The position numbers and the translations under genes are program-made. Shown here in pieces: positions 38,031 through 46,988 of a stretch of DNA of 64,000 nt. Where the stretch lies: positions 1-64,000 of the IMG/VR virus record IMGVR_UViG_3300047552_000910; one strand, written 5' to 3'. Position 1 is the first letter of the stretch. Each line of letters starts with the position of its first letter. The notes beneath the pieces were generated by a model that did not search any database, was not told where the DNA came from, and was given only the letters and a program-made list of their open reading frames with translations. This stretch comes from a virus.

Positions 38031-38758
38031 TTGGAATGCGCCGGGAGGATATAATTATAGGTAGTAATGCCGGAATCTACCGTAATTTGTAAGGCACCTG
38101 CGTCGGAAATATACATCGTGATATCTCCGTCTAAATTCAATAAACTTTGAATTCTGTTAATGGGCCAAGCTAGCGTATGCTTCAACGCGCCAGTAATATC
38201 ACTTTGGAATACAAATTTTCCAGCATGTGTGGACGCATCACCAAAACTAAACACCAAGTTATTATCACTTGTTGATATTTGGAACACAGTTTCTTCTGTA
38301 TGCGCAGCCGCTTGATATTTAAACCGAAGAATACTAGCAGCCGACGGTTTTAATTCGATGTTCCACTTTGCTCCTTTGAATTTTACGGAACGAAGTTTTT
38401 CGTTAACAACTTCATGATTCATAAATCGATAATCATTCTGGAAATCACCCGAAGCATTCTTAAAATGAATACCTACTGGGACTTCAGTACCATTCTTTTC
38501 TCGCGTAATTAAAGAAAGATCAGCAGAATCTCGATATTCTCCACACTTTAAATGGAGGTCTAGCTTATTAAGATTAGGCATACCGAAGACGCCGTCGAGT
38601 TCTGTAACAGGCTTATGTGTAGTAGCTGTCATAATAACAGACTTATCTTCGGCCATTGATTCAATCAATGTCTCTGTTGGCGACGCTGTGATTTTAATAA
38701 AAGGGAGGAATCCTAAATTGTGAGTGTGTGTTACTAAATCAAGTAAAAAGTCTTTCAT
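38027..38758 (-). CDS. Probable DNA sliding clamp (gp45/PCNA-like)
   Basis: 243-aa beta-rich protein beside PolB ending Y.YILPA; a clamp loader is present at 56582. Confidence 0.55.
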   Translation of the reverse strand: MKDFLLDLVTHTHNLGFLPFIKITASPTETLIESMAEDKSVIMTATTHKPVTELDGVFGMPNLNKLDLHLKCGEYRDSADLSLITREKNGTEVPVGIHFKNASGDFQNDYRFMNHEVVNEKLRSVKFKGAKWNIELKPSAASILRFKYQAAAHTEETVFQISTSDNNLVFSFGDASTHAGKFVFQSDITGALKHTLAWPINRIQSLLNLDGDITMYISDAGALQITVDSGITTYNYILPAHSK

Positions 38759-38781
38759 ACAAATGCTCCAAGTTAATGTAC

Positions 38782-38810
38782 AGTATAATTTAATTTATTT
38801 TGAATGTCAA
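38782..38810 (-). promoter_or_regulatory. Sigma70-type promoter
   Basis: TTGACA-N17-TATACT on the minus strand upstream of the clamp-like gene. Confidence 0.75.
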
Positions 38811-38848
38811 ATACTACTTTCTACCGTTATATAATAGAAAGTAGTATT
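38810..38848 (-). terminator. Hairpin after the PolB C-terminal gene
   Basis: 14-bp stem AATACTACTTTCTA/TAGAAAGTAGTATT. Confidence 0.6.
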
Positions 38849-38854
38849 AATTAT

Positions 38855-39838
38855 TTAGGAAAATTCGAATAGAGATTCAAATTCGTTATTTTTCACAGTA
38901 GACGCCAAGTCCCAAGATAATACACCAATTAGATTATCCAATTTTTTATGAATAATTGCGTTTTCCATTTCGTCGTGTGCAAACGGCAATCCTTTAAACC
39001 ACGCAGGTAGCCGTAACTCGTCTGTTGGGTATGCTACACTAGTAAATCCTAAAGGATTATGTTTCAATTTACAAACGATTACTTTTGTTCCGTCTGTAAT
39101 AGTAGAAGAATATTTGTCGTCGAATAATCGTTTAAGTGTATTCCAATTAATCGATGCTCTTACATGCCCGGGCATTGTAGATTTACCTACCAATGCTTCT
39201 TTATCTTGGTATTTAGTAATGTTATTAGCTCTCTTTGGGGATCCTTTCTCCCAACCCGGCCGTTCTTTAAATTCTTTTTTGAATTGATTAATATGCTCTA
39301 ATATCTCAGTTTCTTCGTGCCCTGTTAAAACCATCTCCAATACTTCACTCAAGAAATGTTGAATCACTTCTGGGGTATCGGATCTTCTAAGGTCCAGCCC
39401 CATTGCTTTAATTTTTCCTGGCTTGCCGTTTACATCGGTGCGTTTGCCGTCTTTATCGAAATATAAAATAGCATATCGTTTTTTAGTAATAAACAATGCT
39501 TTAGAACCCACTAATTCTCTGCCCGCCCTAATTACTTGTCCTCGAGATAACGGGCAATGAAACGTATTTAACATAAAGTCGGGGAAGCTGTCATTTGTTT
39601 CAGAACCAATCTGATCATATAAATTGATTACATTTTCTCTGGACCAATTAATTCGTTTAGCATCTATGTCGGTTTTTAAAGTTTGATACGCAGAAAAATA
39701 AATGGAATCTGTGTTATGTACTAAAATATCATTTGCGAAAAAGAAAGGATCTTGTTCGTCTATGCTTATATCATAAACATAATCATCTACATCGCCTAAA
39801 CACTCTATACTTTTTATTGTTGTTCTTTCAATATCCAT
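38855..39838 (-). CDS. polB: Split-intein C-part (42 aa) fused to the C-terminal part of family B DNA polymerase
   Basis: VYDISI...FFANDILVHN|TDSIYF, then KKRYA, MGLDLRRSD. Confidence 0.92.
   Translation of the reverse strand: MDIERTTIKSIECLGDVDDYVYDISIDEQDPFFFANDILVHNTDSIYFSAYQTLKTDIDAKRINWSRENVINLYDQIGSETNDSFPDFMLNTFHCPLSRGQVIRAGRELVGSKALFITKKRYAILYFDKDGKRTDVNGKPGKIKAMGLDLRRSDTPEVIQHFLSEVLEMVLTGHEETEILEHINQFKKEFKERPGWEKGSPKRANNITKYQDKEALVGKSTMPGHVRASINWNTLKRLFDDKYSSTITDGTKVIVCKLKHNPLGFTSVAYPTDELRLPAWFKGLPFAHDEMENAIIHKKLDNLIGVLSWDLASTVKNNEFESLFEFS
39713..39838 (-). other. IntC of split intein
   Basis: Blocks F/G: YVYDI, terminal His-Asn, +1 Thr. Confidence 0.9.
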
Positions 39839-40767
39839 TGTACCACCTTTTCAATAGTAAACTTTTTGTCTAACATAAAGTCTTGTTCCCACACCGTAAG
39901 TGCTGAGAATCCTAAATCTGTTACTGTTTTTATTTTTAACATATCTCTATGTTGTATATCTTTTGCACAACTGCCGCGAATAATTGCAGTATCTGTGTAA
40001 ATTTTAGGATTTGCGTGCCAATAATCGCCATTAAATTCTATTATACAATTTTTATGTTTTATATCATAAATTACATACGTGTTTAATAACGGCGACCATT
40101 TTCCGAATGGTTTGTTAAAGCTGGTGTGTTCTAATTCACCTATGCATTGAATTACTAAGTCAGTAAATTCTTTTTCCATCTTACTAGAATGAGACGTATT
40201 TTGCCGGGTTATAATTAGTTGGGCTGCTTCTTCTTCGGTAATTGCAAGATGCGCCGCTAACAATGCAGGGTTGTGTGGTATTGATTTTTTATGATTAACT
40301 TCTAAGTATTTTTGAACCCCAATGTTATTTCCGTATTTTTTTATAAAATATTCTTTTGTATTTGTGTACCCTTGACGCAAACAATACTTTTCCCATTTTT
40401 CGGCGCCAGCAACTTCTCCGTGGCGCGCTATCATTTTTTCTAGTGTCTGCGACCTTGATGAGTTATAACTATCGAACTGCTCTTTGCTCCATCCGTATTT
40501 TTCTTTTTTATAATCAAAAGAATTTGTTATTGCTTGTTTTTCTGTGTATTGCCGCCACCGATCGTTACCGTCAGTGTCCCCGTATTTTTTTATAAAATTT
40601 TCTAAAGTTACTGCCTTGGCCTTTGCTGATTCCGCGGATATAATTTGTGCGCCAGGGTACGCCAATTTATATTCTCTCCCATTATTAAATCTTCCGGTAC
40701 ATTTATATTTGAAGTGTGTCCATTGGAGCAGCGGGCTTTCAAATCCGCATTCTAAACATTTAACCAT
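39814..40767 (-). mobile_element. Free-standing endonuclease (Vsr/DUF559-like PD-(D/E)XK) between the split-intein halves
   Basis: N-terminal CxxC..H, three I.KYG...G...W/Y repeats, C-terminal IEFNGDYWHANP...VWE.D. Confidence 0.8.
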
Positions 40768-40794
40768 ATACTGATACTCCTATCCTTATAGTAT

Positions 40795-43113
40795 TTATGT
40801 ATTTAAGCAAATTATAAGGTCAGTATCTTTAATCTCTAGCGGAGTCACTTCTAGCAGGAACCCGGCTCGATCAACCATTACGCTATGATCTTCAGTAACT
40901 GTCACAGATTTATCATTTTGCAATGTAATTTTATACAACTTCTTTTTAGTTTTGTGCCTCATAACATACGAAATTGTAGACATAACAGGGGAATCTTCAA
41001 AAGCATTAAACCCAACTACTTTAGCAAAAGATTGTACTCCGTATTCTTTTCCGTATTCTATCACATGTTGGCAGCATTGTTCATAGAGCTCTTTAATTGG
41101 TATCTGCCCTCCGTCAGTTCTTATCATAGTGTCGCCAGTAACACTGTCGTTATATTTGACTGATTCCCCTTTATAATCATAAAAGCCTGTTATAATCTCA
41201 TTAACTTTAGCGGACATGTGCTTAACTACCTGTCTGCCAGTAAGAGTAACTGATTGCCCTAACCGTTTGTCAAAGAATCTAGAACCTGCATTGAGTAGCG
41301 CGCCGTAAAGGGAATTTAACTGTATCTTGGTAACCTGTTGGCGTTTATCCCAGTGTTCTTCTGCAACTTTATCTTTCTTTTCAATTGCTTCTTGTAAGTT
41401 CTTTTGATATGTTTGCCTATCAGAATACCACTTAGTTAATATTCCCGGAATAACTCCTTCCTTGGAATAAGTAAAAATAGTGCCGTTAGCAGAAAGCATA
41501 TACGGTTGATTCGAGTTATAAATTAGTTCGTGTATTTCTGCACCTGAAAGGGTATCGGTTGTACCATTCTCCCAGTCTACAGTAATCATTTTACCTTTGT
41601 CTTTTTCAAGAACAGCAGTAAATTCTAACGATCCAAACAATCCTTCCCATGCGGTTGCAAAGCTTGTACCATTTTCTATTTTATTTTGGATAAAGTTTTC
41701 GGTATCGGTTTGTCTAAGTTGTCCTACTATTGTTTCGGGACTCATATTCATTGCACGGATAACCGACGGATATAGACTCTTAACATCAAGTAATCCCACC
41801 CAATCGTGTAATCCTTTTTTTGGATAAGCTACATACGCGCCTGCTGCTTGTGTATCTAAATCTTTAGTACGAACACGATCTTTGATACAAAAACCTAGTT
41901 TATGAGCTTCGTTGATTATTGCTTGGTCTGTAGCAGAAACAACGCCCATTGTGGTTGGAATTAATACTCCAATTTCGTGAGCAACCTCGTTAGCAATATC
42001 AATAAATTTAAGTTTATTATCAAGTTTATTTAGAAGTGCGCAGTCTTGTCGGTTGTATTCGACAAATTTAGCAAAATCATCGTGATACAGTTGATCTAGT
42101 GTACCTTCATAAACAGTTTTTCGTTCATGCAGTTCATATTCTGCAATAGCATCCAATTTATACGAGTGCCGTTCTTCGTAAGTATATTTGCGATACAACT
42201 CCAGACTATCTATATGCATTCTTCCTACTAAGTCGTAAGTAAATGCAGTTCTTCCGTACTTTTCATATTCGCGTTTCTTAGGGAATTGGTCGAATAGACA
42301 TAACTTCTTAGTATATTCCTTGGATAAAATCCGAGTAATCCTATTCACAACATACGGAATATCAAATCCTTCTCCGTTCCAAGCAGAAAGTACATCAACA
42401 TCTTCGATTAAATCTAGAAATGTCAATAACATTTCTTTCTCAGATGTAAAAAGATATGTATTTGGAATATCTTTTATCAATTCAGCAGCAGCTTCCTCAG
42501 TTAATGAGGACGGAATCAATGCCAAACAAATTAATGCATCGGACCATTGCAGATGAACAGATATTGCAGTAATGGGGAGGAATGCTTCTTGAGAAGCAGC
42601 ATAGCCAGGTCCTGCTTCTATATAACGGCATGTGTTAGCTTGCACCCACTTTTTATCGATATGATCGTAAACTTTATATCGTTCTCTATGAGGAAGTAAT
42701 CCTAATTCTCGTACAGTAATATCTTTGTCTGGCGGTGTAATTCTAAGTTTGAAGCCCGACGGAAACGCATACGGTTGGAAATCGGTTTCAATGTCAAAGA
42801 AACAGACATTAAGTTTCGGGGTTGGGAGGTTTGCGTAATATTCCGATAAGCAAGTAAAAATAGGATTTAAATCAGTTTCGAATAACTGCTTAGTAGCGTA
42901 TGCAGAACGCGCCATTTTAAAATCTTTTAAGTTTTTGCAAGTAACCTTTCTTACAGCATCTCCATAAATTGATTTATGTTTGCCGTTATGATCTTCTACA
43001 TAAAAGGAATATTGCACAGGGTGGGTATTAAAAACACGATTACCATCTTTATCTCTGCCTACTACATGAATAATATCCGTGGTTTTATTGTGCCAGCAAT
43101 TAACGTAATTCAT
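40795..43113 (-). CDS. polB: Family B DNA polymerase N-terminal part fused to split-intein N-part
   Basis: Exo DIETD, WNG..FD, YN.QD; motif A DVKSLYPS; motif B KIQLNSLYG; YND followed by intein SVTGDT...VTEDHS. Start ATG 43113 after a GGAG RBS. Confidence 0.93.
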   Translation of the reverse strand: MNYVNCWHNKTTDIIHVVGRDKDGNRVFNTHPVQYSFYVEDHNGKHKSIYGDAVRKVTCKNLKDFKMARSAYATKQLFETDLNPIFTCLSEYYANLPTPKLNVCFFDIETDFQPYAFPSGFKLRITPPDKDITVRELGLLPHRERYKVYDHIDKKWVQANTCRYIEAGPGYAASQEAFLPITAISVHLQWSDALICLALIPSSLTEEAAAELIKDIPNTYLFTSEKEMLLTFLDLIEDVDVLSAWNGEGFDIPYVVNRITRILSKEYTKKLCLFDQFPKKREYEKYGRTAFTYDLVGRMHIDSLELYRKYTYEERHSYKLDAIAEYELHERKTVYEGTLDQLYHDDFAKFVEYNRQDCALLNKLDNKLKFIDIANEVAHEIGVLIPTTMGVVSATDQAIINEAHKLGFCIKDRVRTKDLDTQAAGAYVAYPKKGLHDWVGLLDVKSLYPSVIRAMNMSPETIVGQLRQTDTENFIQNKIENGTSFATAWEGLFGSLEFTAVLEKDKGKMITVDWENGTTDTLSGAEIHELIYNSNQPYMLSANGTIFTYSKEGVIPGILTKWYSDRQTYQKNLQEAIEKKDKVAEEHWDKRQQVTKIQLNSLYGALLNAGSRFFDKRLGQSVTLTGRQVVKHMSAKVNEIITGFYDYKGESVKYNDSVTGDTMIRTDGGQIPIKELYEQCCQHVIEYGKEYGVQSFAKVVGFNAFEDSPVMSTISYVMRHKTKKKLYKITLQNDKSVTVTEDHSVMVDRAGFLLEVTPLEIKDTDLIICLNT
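40798..41145 (-). other. IntN of split intein (116 aa, Ser1)
   Basis: Block A SVTGDTMI, block B TVTEDHS, ends at a stop codon. Confidence 0.9.
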
Positions 43114-43204
43114 TCTTCTCTCCGCGTGACCTTTGCGGCGGCCACATACCACTCTTTGTGAACCTTTAATTCGTCAGGTATTGTCAGGCAATACCGTCGA
43201 ATCG

Positions 43205-43462
43205 TCAGATTCGTTTAGTAATATCTAGTATAGCTTCAATTTCCTCCCAATCTGAATTATGAGAATCCCAATCACCTTTATGTGCTATTCTAATAGCCTT
43301 ATTAATAATTGACGGTTTAATTTGGAGTTCTTCAGCCACTGCTTTTACAGTATCTCTAAGTCCGTCTTGAAGATCTTGCACTTCTCTTAGAACAGTAGAG
43401 CCCTCAGTAATTAGTCTTTCTAACTTCTTTTTTTCTTCTTCGCCATAAGCACGACTAGTCAT
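43205..43462 (-). CDS. T4 DsbA-like dsDNA-binding protein
   Basis: 85 aa; L..LI.EG.......L.D......EEL.....INK.I...HK.D pattern of T4 DsbA. Confidence 0.65.
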   Translation of the reverse strand: MTSRAYGEEEKKKLERLITEGSTVLREVQDLQDGLRDTVKAVAEELQIKPSIINKAIRIAHKGDWDSHNSDWEEIEAILDITKRI

Positions 43463-43565
43463 CGTTTACTGTCTCCTAAATGAATATTTTAAGGCATAAC
43501 AACTGTTATGTCTATTTATTGTTTGTTTTTGTAGGAAGTAACCCGTTTAAACAGGTTATATTTGA

Positions 43566-44333
43566 TTAGTTAAGCCATGCAGCAGGAGTCCACTCAACAG
43601 CAGGAATATCATTCACAAACATATCGAGTTTTTCCATAGCATTTCTTACTTGTGCAGTCTTACCAGCAGAAGATGCAGCAGCTTGATCTATTGCAATTCT
43701 AGCATCATTTACTAGTTTTTGAATTTCAGGACTAACGGTTTGCTTTGAAACGGGCTGTGTTGCACTAGATGCAGGTTGTGGGCTTGTTCCAGTAACCGGT
43801 GCGGTAGGTGCGCCGCTTCCGCCTTGTTGTGGGCTTGTGCTTGTAGCCGATTGCGTGCCGGTGCCTAATTTAGAAGTAACGGTGTCTTTGTATTTAACAG
43901 CCGCGGTAATAATTCCCGCACCGATTAATGCCTTTTTCCAACTAGAATCTTGTATTAAAGTTCTCAATAAAGATAGTCGTGAGATTGGAGGCACTGGAGG
44001 CACGGGCGGCCGGGGCGGCGGAGTTGGCGCGGGAGGCAATTGGGCTCGAGTTACACCTCTTAATGCTGCAGGATCGGTGCCTGCTATTCTGTTATTTTGC
44101 GTATCAATCCAATGATTGCCATTCCATTTATAATCTATTGAATCGGTGCCTCTTCTTATCTCGCCAACCACCGGAGGGGGTAGTGGCCCGCGAGAAAACA
44201 ATGATTTAATTTTTCTGCCCGCAGTTCTAAGAGTGCCTGCTCCAACTTCGTTTAGCACTTCTTTTGATTCAATGTTTCGCAATCTACTTTGCAATAAAGA
44301 CATCGATTCGGTTAGTGTAGGTTGATTATTCAT
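43566..44333 (-). CDS. Pro-rich hypothetical protein, probable virion-internal protein
   Basis: LTE/LNE motifs, Pro-rich linker, one hydrophobic segment. Confidence 0.55.
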   Translation of the reverse strand: MNNQPTLTESMSLLQSRLRNIESKEVLNEVGAGTLRTAGRKIKSLFSRGPLPPPVVGEIRRGTDSIDYKWNGNHWIDTQNNRIAGTDPAALRGVTRAQLPPAPTPPPRPPVPPVPPISRLSLLRTLIQDSSWKKALIGAGIITAAVKYKDTVTSKLGTGTQSATSTSPQQGGSGAPTAPVTGTSPQPASSATQPVSKQTVSPEIQKLVNDARIAIDQAAASSAGKTAQVRNAMEKLDMFVNDIPAVEWTPAAWLN

Positions 44334-44342
44334 ATGTTAGCT

Positions 44343-45404
44343 TTATACTTCTGCAATCGGCAATTTAACACCGGAATTTATAAACTCTTGTTTTAACGCA
44401 GCAACCAATTCCTCAGTTTTAGCAGTCGGGGGCAGATGCACGTTGTTTGCTGCAAGGAATTGTCGCACAGCTTCGTCTACAACAGGTATAGATCCTGTAA
44501 TTGGTACATTGGCTGCAGGTTTACCCGATGGCATTTTAATCGGTGTAGTATCTGTTGCTGTTTGTTTGGGCAAGTCTTTTAAATTTGGGGTTGGGTTATT
44601 TGTAATTGGTTTAGGTTCGTTGGTTTTTAATGGTGCAGTTGTTACGGAATTATCTGTCGGTAGTGCTAATGCTTGAATTGTTTCTGGTTGTTTTGCATCT
44701 CTATATGCATAATCAACTACTGCTCCTACAATTTCTGAAACATCGTCTCCTGCGGCATAATCAGCAGCAAAGCCCCCGGCAATAAATCCAGGCAGGGCAC
44801 CGATACCACCCCCCAATGCACCGCCAATAATTCCGCCAAACACGCCCCCAACCCAAAACACACCATATTCGGCGACTAATTTAGCTATTATTTTAGTAAC
44901 TTCTTGCTTGTATTGCTGTTTTGTTAATGTTTTTGGTAATTCTTCTATTTGCGTCCAGCCGGCATATACTCCCATTGCTATTCCAACAGAAGGACCTAAC
45001 ATCTTTTTGCCGCCCCGCTTAATCTTATCCCACATTCCGGGTTCGTCGGCTTCGTTAATGTCATATCCAAAACTTTCTATTAATTGGTTTGCAATATTGA
45101 ATTCAAACGACTCATTTGGGTTGTTACGGATGGCGGCTTGCAGTTTATTATAAATATTATTCAGCCTAGTAACATGCCTATCCATTTCAGATGAGTTATC
45201 AGTTCCTGCTTGCCGTGTCGGCTTACCTTTATTAGGTGCACGACCGAGTATATACGGGTCAGTCAAATCCGGTTTCCCACCACCACGAGTCATCCATCGT
45301 TGATCCTCTGGACTTAATGATTGATAAATTCGGGATTGGTCGGGGTCATCCTCGTATGGGTTAGATATTTCGTCTAATTTAGAAATGAGTTGTTTAAAAT
45401 TCAT
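44343..45404 (-). CDS. Glycine-zipper protein, probable virion-internal/ejection protein
   Basis: Start MNFKQLI at 45404; GGVFGGIIGGALGGGIGALPGFIAGG. Confidence 0.55.
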   Translation of the reverse strand: MNFKQLISKLDEISNPYEDDPDQSRIYQSLSPEDQRWMTRGGGKPDLTDPYILGRAPNKGKPTRQAGTDNSSEMDRHVTRLNNIYNKLQAAIRNNPNESFEFNIANQLIESFGYDINEADEPGMWDKIKRGGKKMLGPSVGIAMGVYAGWTQIEELPKTLTKQQYKQEVTKIIAKLVAEYGVFWVGGVFGGIIGGALGGGIGALPGFIAGGFAADYAAGDDVSEIVGAVVDYAYRDAKQPETIQALALPTDNSVTTAPLKTNEPKPITNNPTPNLKDLPKQTATDTTPIKMPSGKPAANVPITGSIPVVDEAVRQFLAANNVHLPPTAKTEELVAALKQEFINSGVKLPIAEV

Positions 45405-45405
45405 A

Positions 45406-45912
45406 CTATTGTTCCGGTGGCGGTGGCAATGCTTTTTGCTCGCCGACAATAGCGTCATATTGATCCATTGTTAAAACATCGTGTTCCTTAGAGAATTCAA
45501 TTAGTTTATCTGCAACATTATGTAGATCCATATCTGTTTCTGCATCTTCTTTTGCATATTCTAATAAACGAATTAATAATGGAACATCTACCCGAACTGT
45601 ATCAATAGAATCGTTCACTTCTGCTGATTGAGAATAGTTATCATCTTCTCGTAATTTAATTCGATTGACAATAGCTTTAGCATGTTCGTGTGTTTTAGCT
45701 AACTTATTCTGTTTAACAACAGCATTTTCGTTTTCTATTAGTTTTATATACTTCTTAGTGATACTATTTTTTGGTTTTGCAGCAATATCTGCATTTTGAT
45801 ATTGCTGCATAGCCATTCTAACGGACAAACTAGTACCTTCGTGTAACTGACTATTCTTTTTAGCGGGTTTATCACAAGAATCTATTACTTGCAGTAGTTT
45901 CTTCAAGTCCAT
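45406..45912 (-). CDS. Hypothetical protein, probable head-internal protein
   Basis: MDLKKLL start; LHE/LIE/LRE; DVPLLIRLLEYAKED motif. Confidence 0.6.
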   Translation of the reverse strand: MDLKKLLQVIDSCDKPAKKNSQLHEGTSLSVRMAMQQYQNADIAAKPKNSITKKYIKLIENENAVVKQNKLAKTHEHAKAIVNRIKLREDDNYSQSAEVNDSIDTVRVDVPLLIRLLEYAKEDAETDMDLHNVADKLIEFSKEHDVLTMDQYDAIVGEQKALPPPPEQ

Positions 45913-45913
45913 G

Positions 45914-46930
45914 TTACATTCCAGAAAGGAATCGCATCTCGTCTAATGAAAATTCCTTGGGCGGTAACTTATCGGTAAACTGCTCAGGCGGCACTACGGC
46001 TTTTTCCAAGCCGCCATCTCCCATTACAGGACCTAATCCGTCATTTAGGCGATTTAGTAATGCCTGTATTCGACGTTCTATTTGATCTAAGTGTGCAGTA
46101 CCTTGATATTTTTGCTTCATATTTAAAAGCTTTGCCATCTGGTCAACAGATTGTGCCCACTCCTCGGGTGTTTTATCGGCGCCAAATGCTTCGCCCATAC
46201 CAGAGTCAGCAGGATCAGCAGGTACAGCAGTATCGCCTGCTGGATTATATGTCGGATAATCGGTATTTTCCTTGATAGCCTTTTGTTTTGCTTTGTTCCA
46301 AATAGCCGATCCTGCTACTGACTTTGGGTCTTTCTTAGGTGCGGTTTTTGATGTTACTGGGGTTTTTGCTAATGCAGTTCTTGCAACGCCTGTCTTCTTT
46401 GCTAACGTGTCTTTTGCAGTAGTTAGCTTCTTTGGAGTTGCAGGTTTCTTTGGCAGTACCTTTGTTGCATTCTCATCTAAATCGTCTTTTTTATCTTTAG
46501 TATCGGCCTTAGCTGCGGGCTTTTCTTTAGTGATTTTATCTGCTTGGGCGATTTTAATCTTAGCTAACTTCTCTTTAGCCTCCGTTAGCTTATTTTTGAG
46601 TTCTAGCTTTTGGGATTCGTTATACATATCGGAATCTTCAATACGTTTACCGTATTCTGAGAACTTCATCTCGTATTCAAGGTAATGATATACACTAGCG
46701 ATATAATCCGCCGCTTTTGTGATTTTTGCTTGTACCCAACCTTCTAATTGGTCTTCATCGTTAATCTTTTCGTATAACTTATAGCTATACTTAGCCAATT
46801 TAAATAGATCAGCCTTTGCCATAGCACCTTCGTCGTCCCGAATTTCGTTATCTAACCCAACATCATCCACTGATACATCAGGCGCTTTTTCGTCAAAATC
46901 GAAATCAAAATTTTCAAACTCATTAAACAT
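45914..46930 (-). CDS. Hypothetical protein, probable head-internal/scaffold-like protein
   Basis: EG.MAK.DL...LEGWVQAKITKAADYI motif, Lys/Ala-rich linker, C-terminal EMRFLSGM. Confidence 0.6.
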   Translation of the reverse strand: MFNEFENFDFDFDEKAPDVSVDDVGLDNEIRDDEGAMAKADLFKLAKYSYKLYEKINDEDQLEGWVQAKITKAADYIASVYHYLEYEMKFSEYGKRIEDSDMYNESQKLELKNKLTEAKEKLAKIKIAQADKITKEKPAAKADTKDKKDDLDENATKVLPKKPATPKKLTTAKDTLAKKTGVARTALAKTPVTSKTAPKKDPKSVAGSAIWNKAKQKAIKENTDYPTYNPAGDTAVPADPADSGMGEAFGADKTPEEWAQSVDQMAKLLNMKQKYQGTAHLDQIERRIQALLNRLNDGLGPVMGDGGLEKAVVPPEQFTDKLPPKEFSLDEMRFLSGM

Positions 46931-46953
46931 GGTTTACTCCATCCTATATCGTG

Positions 46954-46964
46954 TATTTACCGTT
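46954..46964 (-). promoter_or_regulatory. Late-promoter-like motif
   Basis: AACGGTAAATA, overlapping an 8-bp inverted repeat (46956-46976). Confidence 0.6.
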
Positions 46965-46988
46965 TTTTACGGTAAAACTACAAAGTTT

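Noticed and set aside
21186-38857. Isolated TAAATA hexamers (21186, 38852) as promoters
   Set aside because: The hexamer is common in AT-rich DNA and at TAA stops, and has no supporting context here
43114-43150. preQ1 riboswitch or pseudoknot before polB
   Set aside because: No A-rich tail or consensus loop; a zero-length L3 makes an H-type pseudoknot implausible
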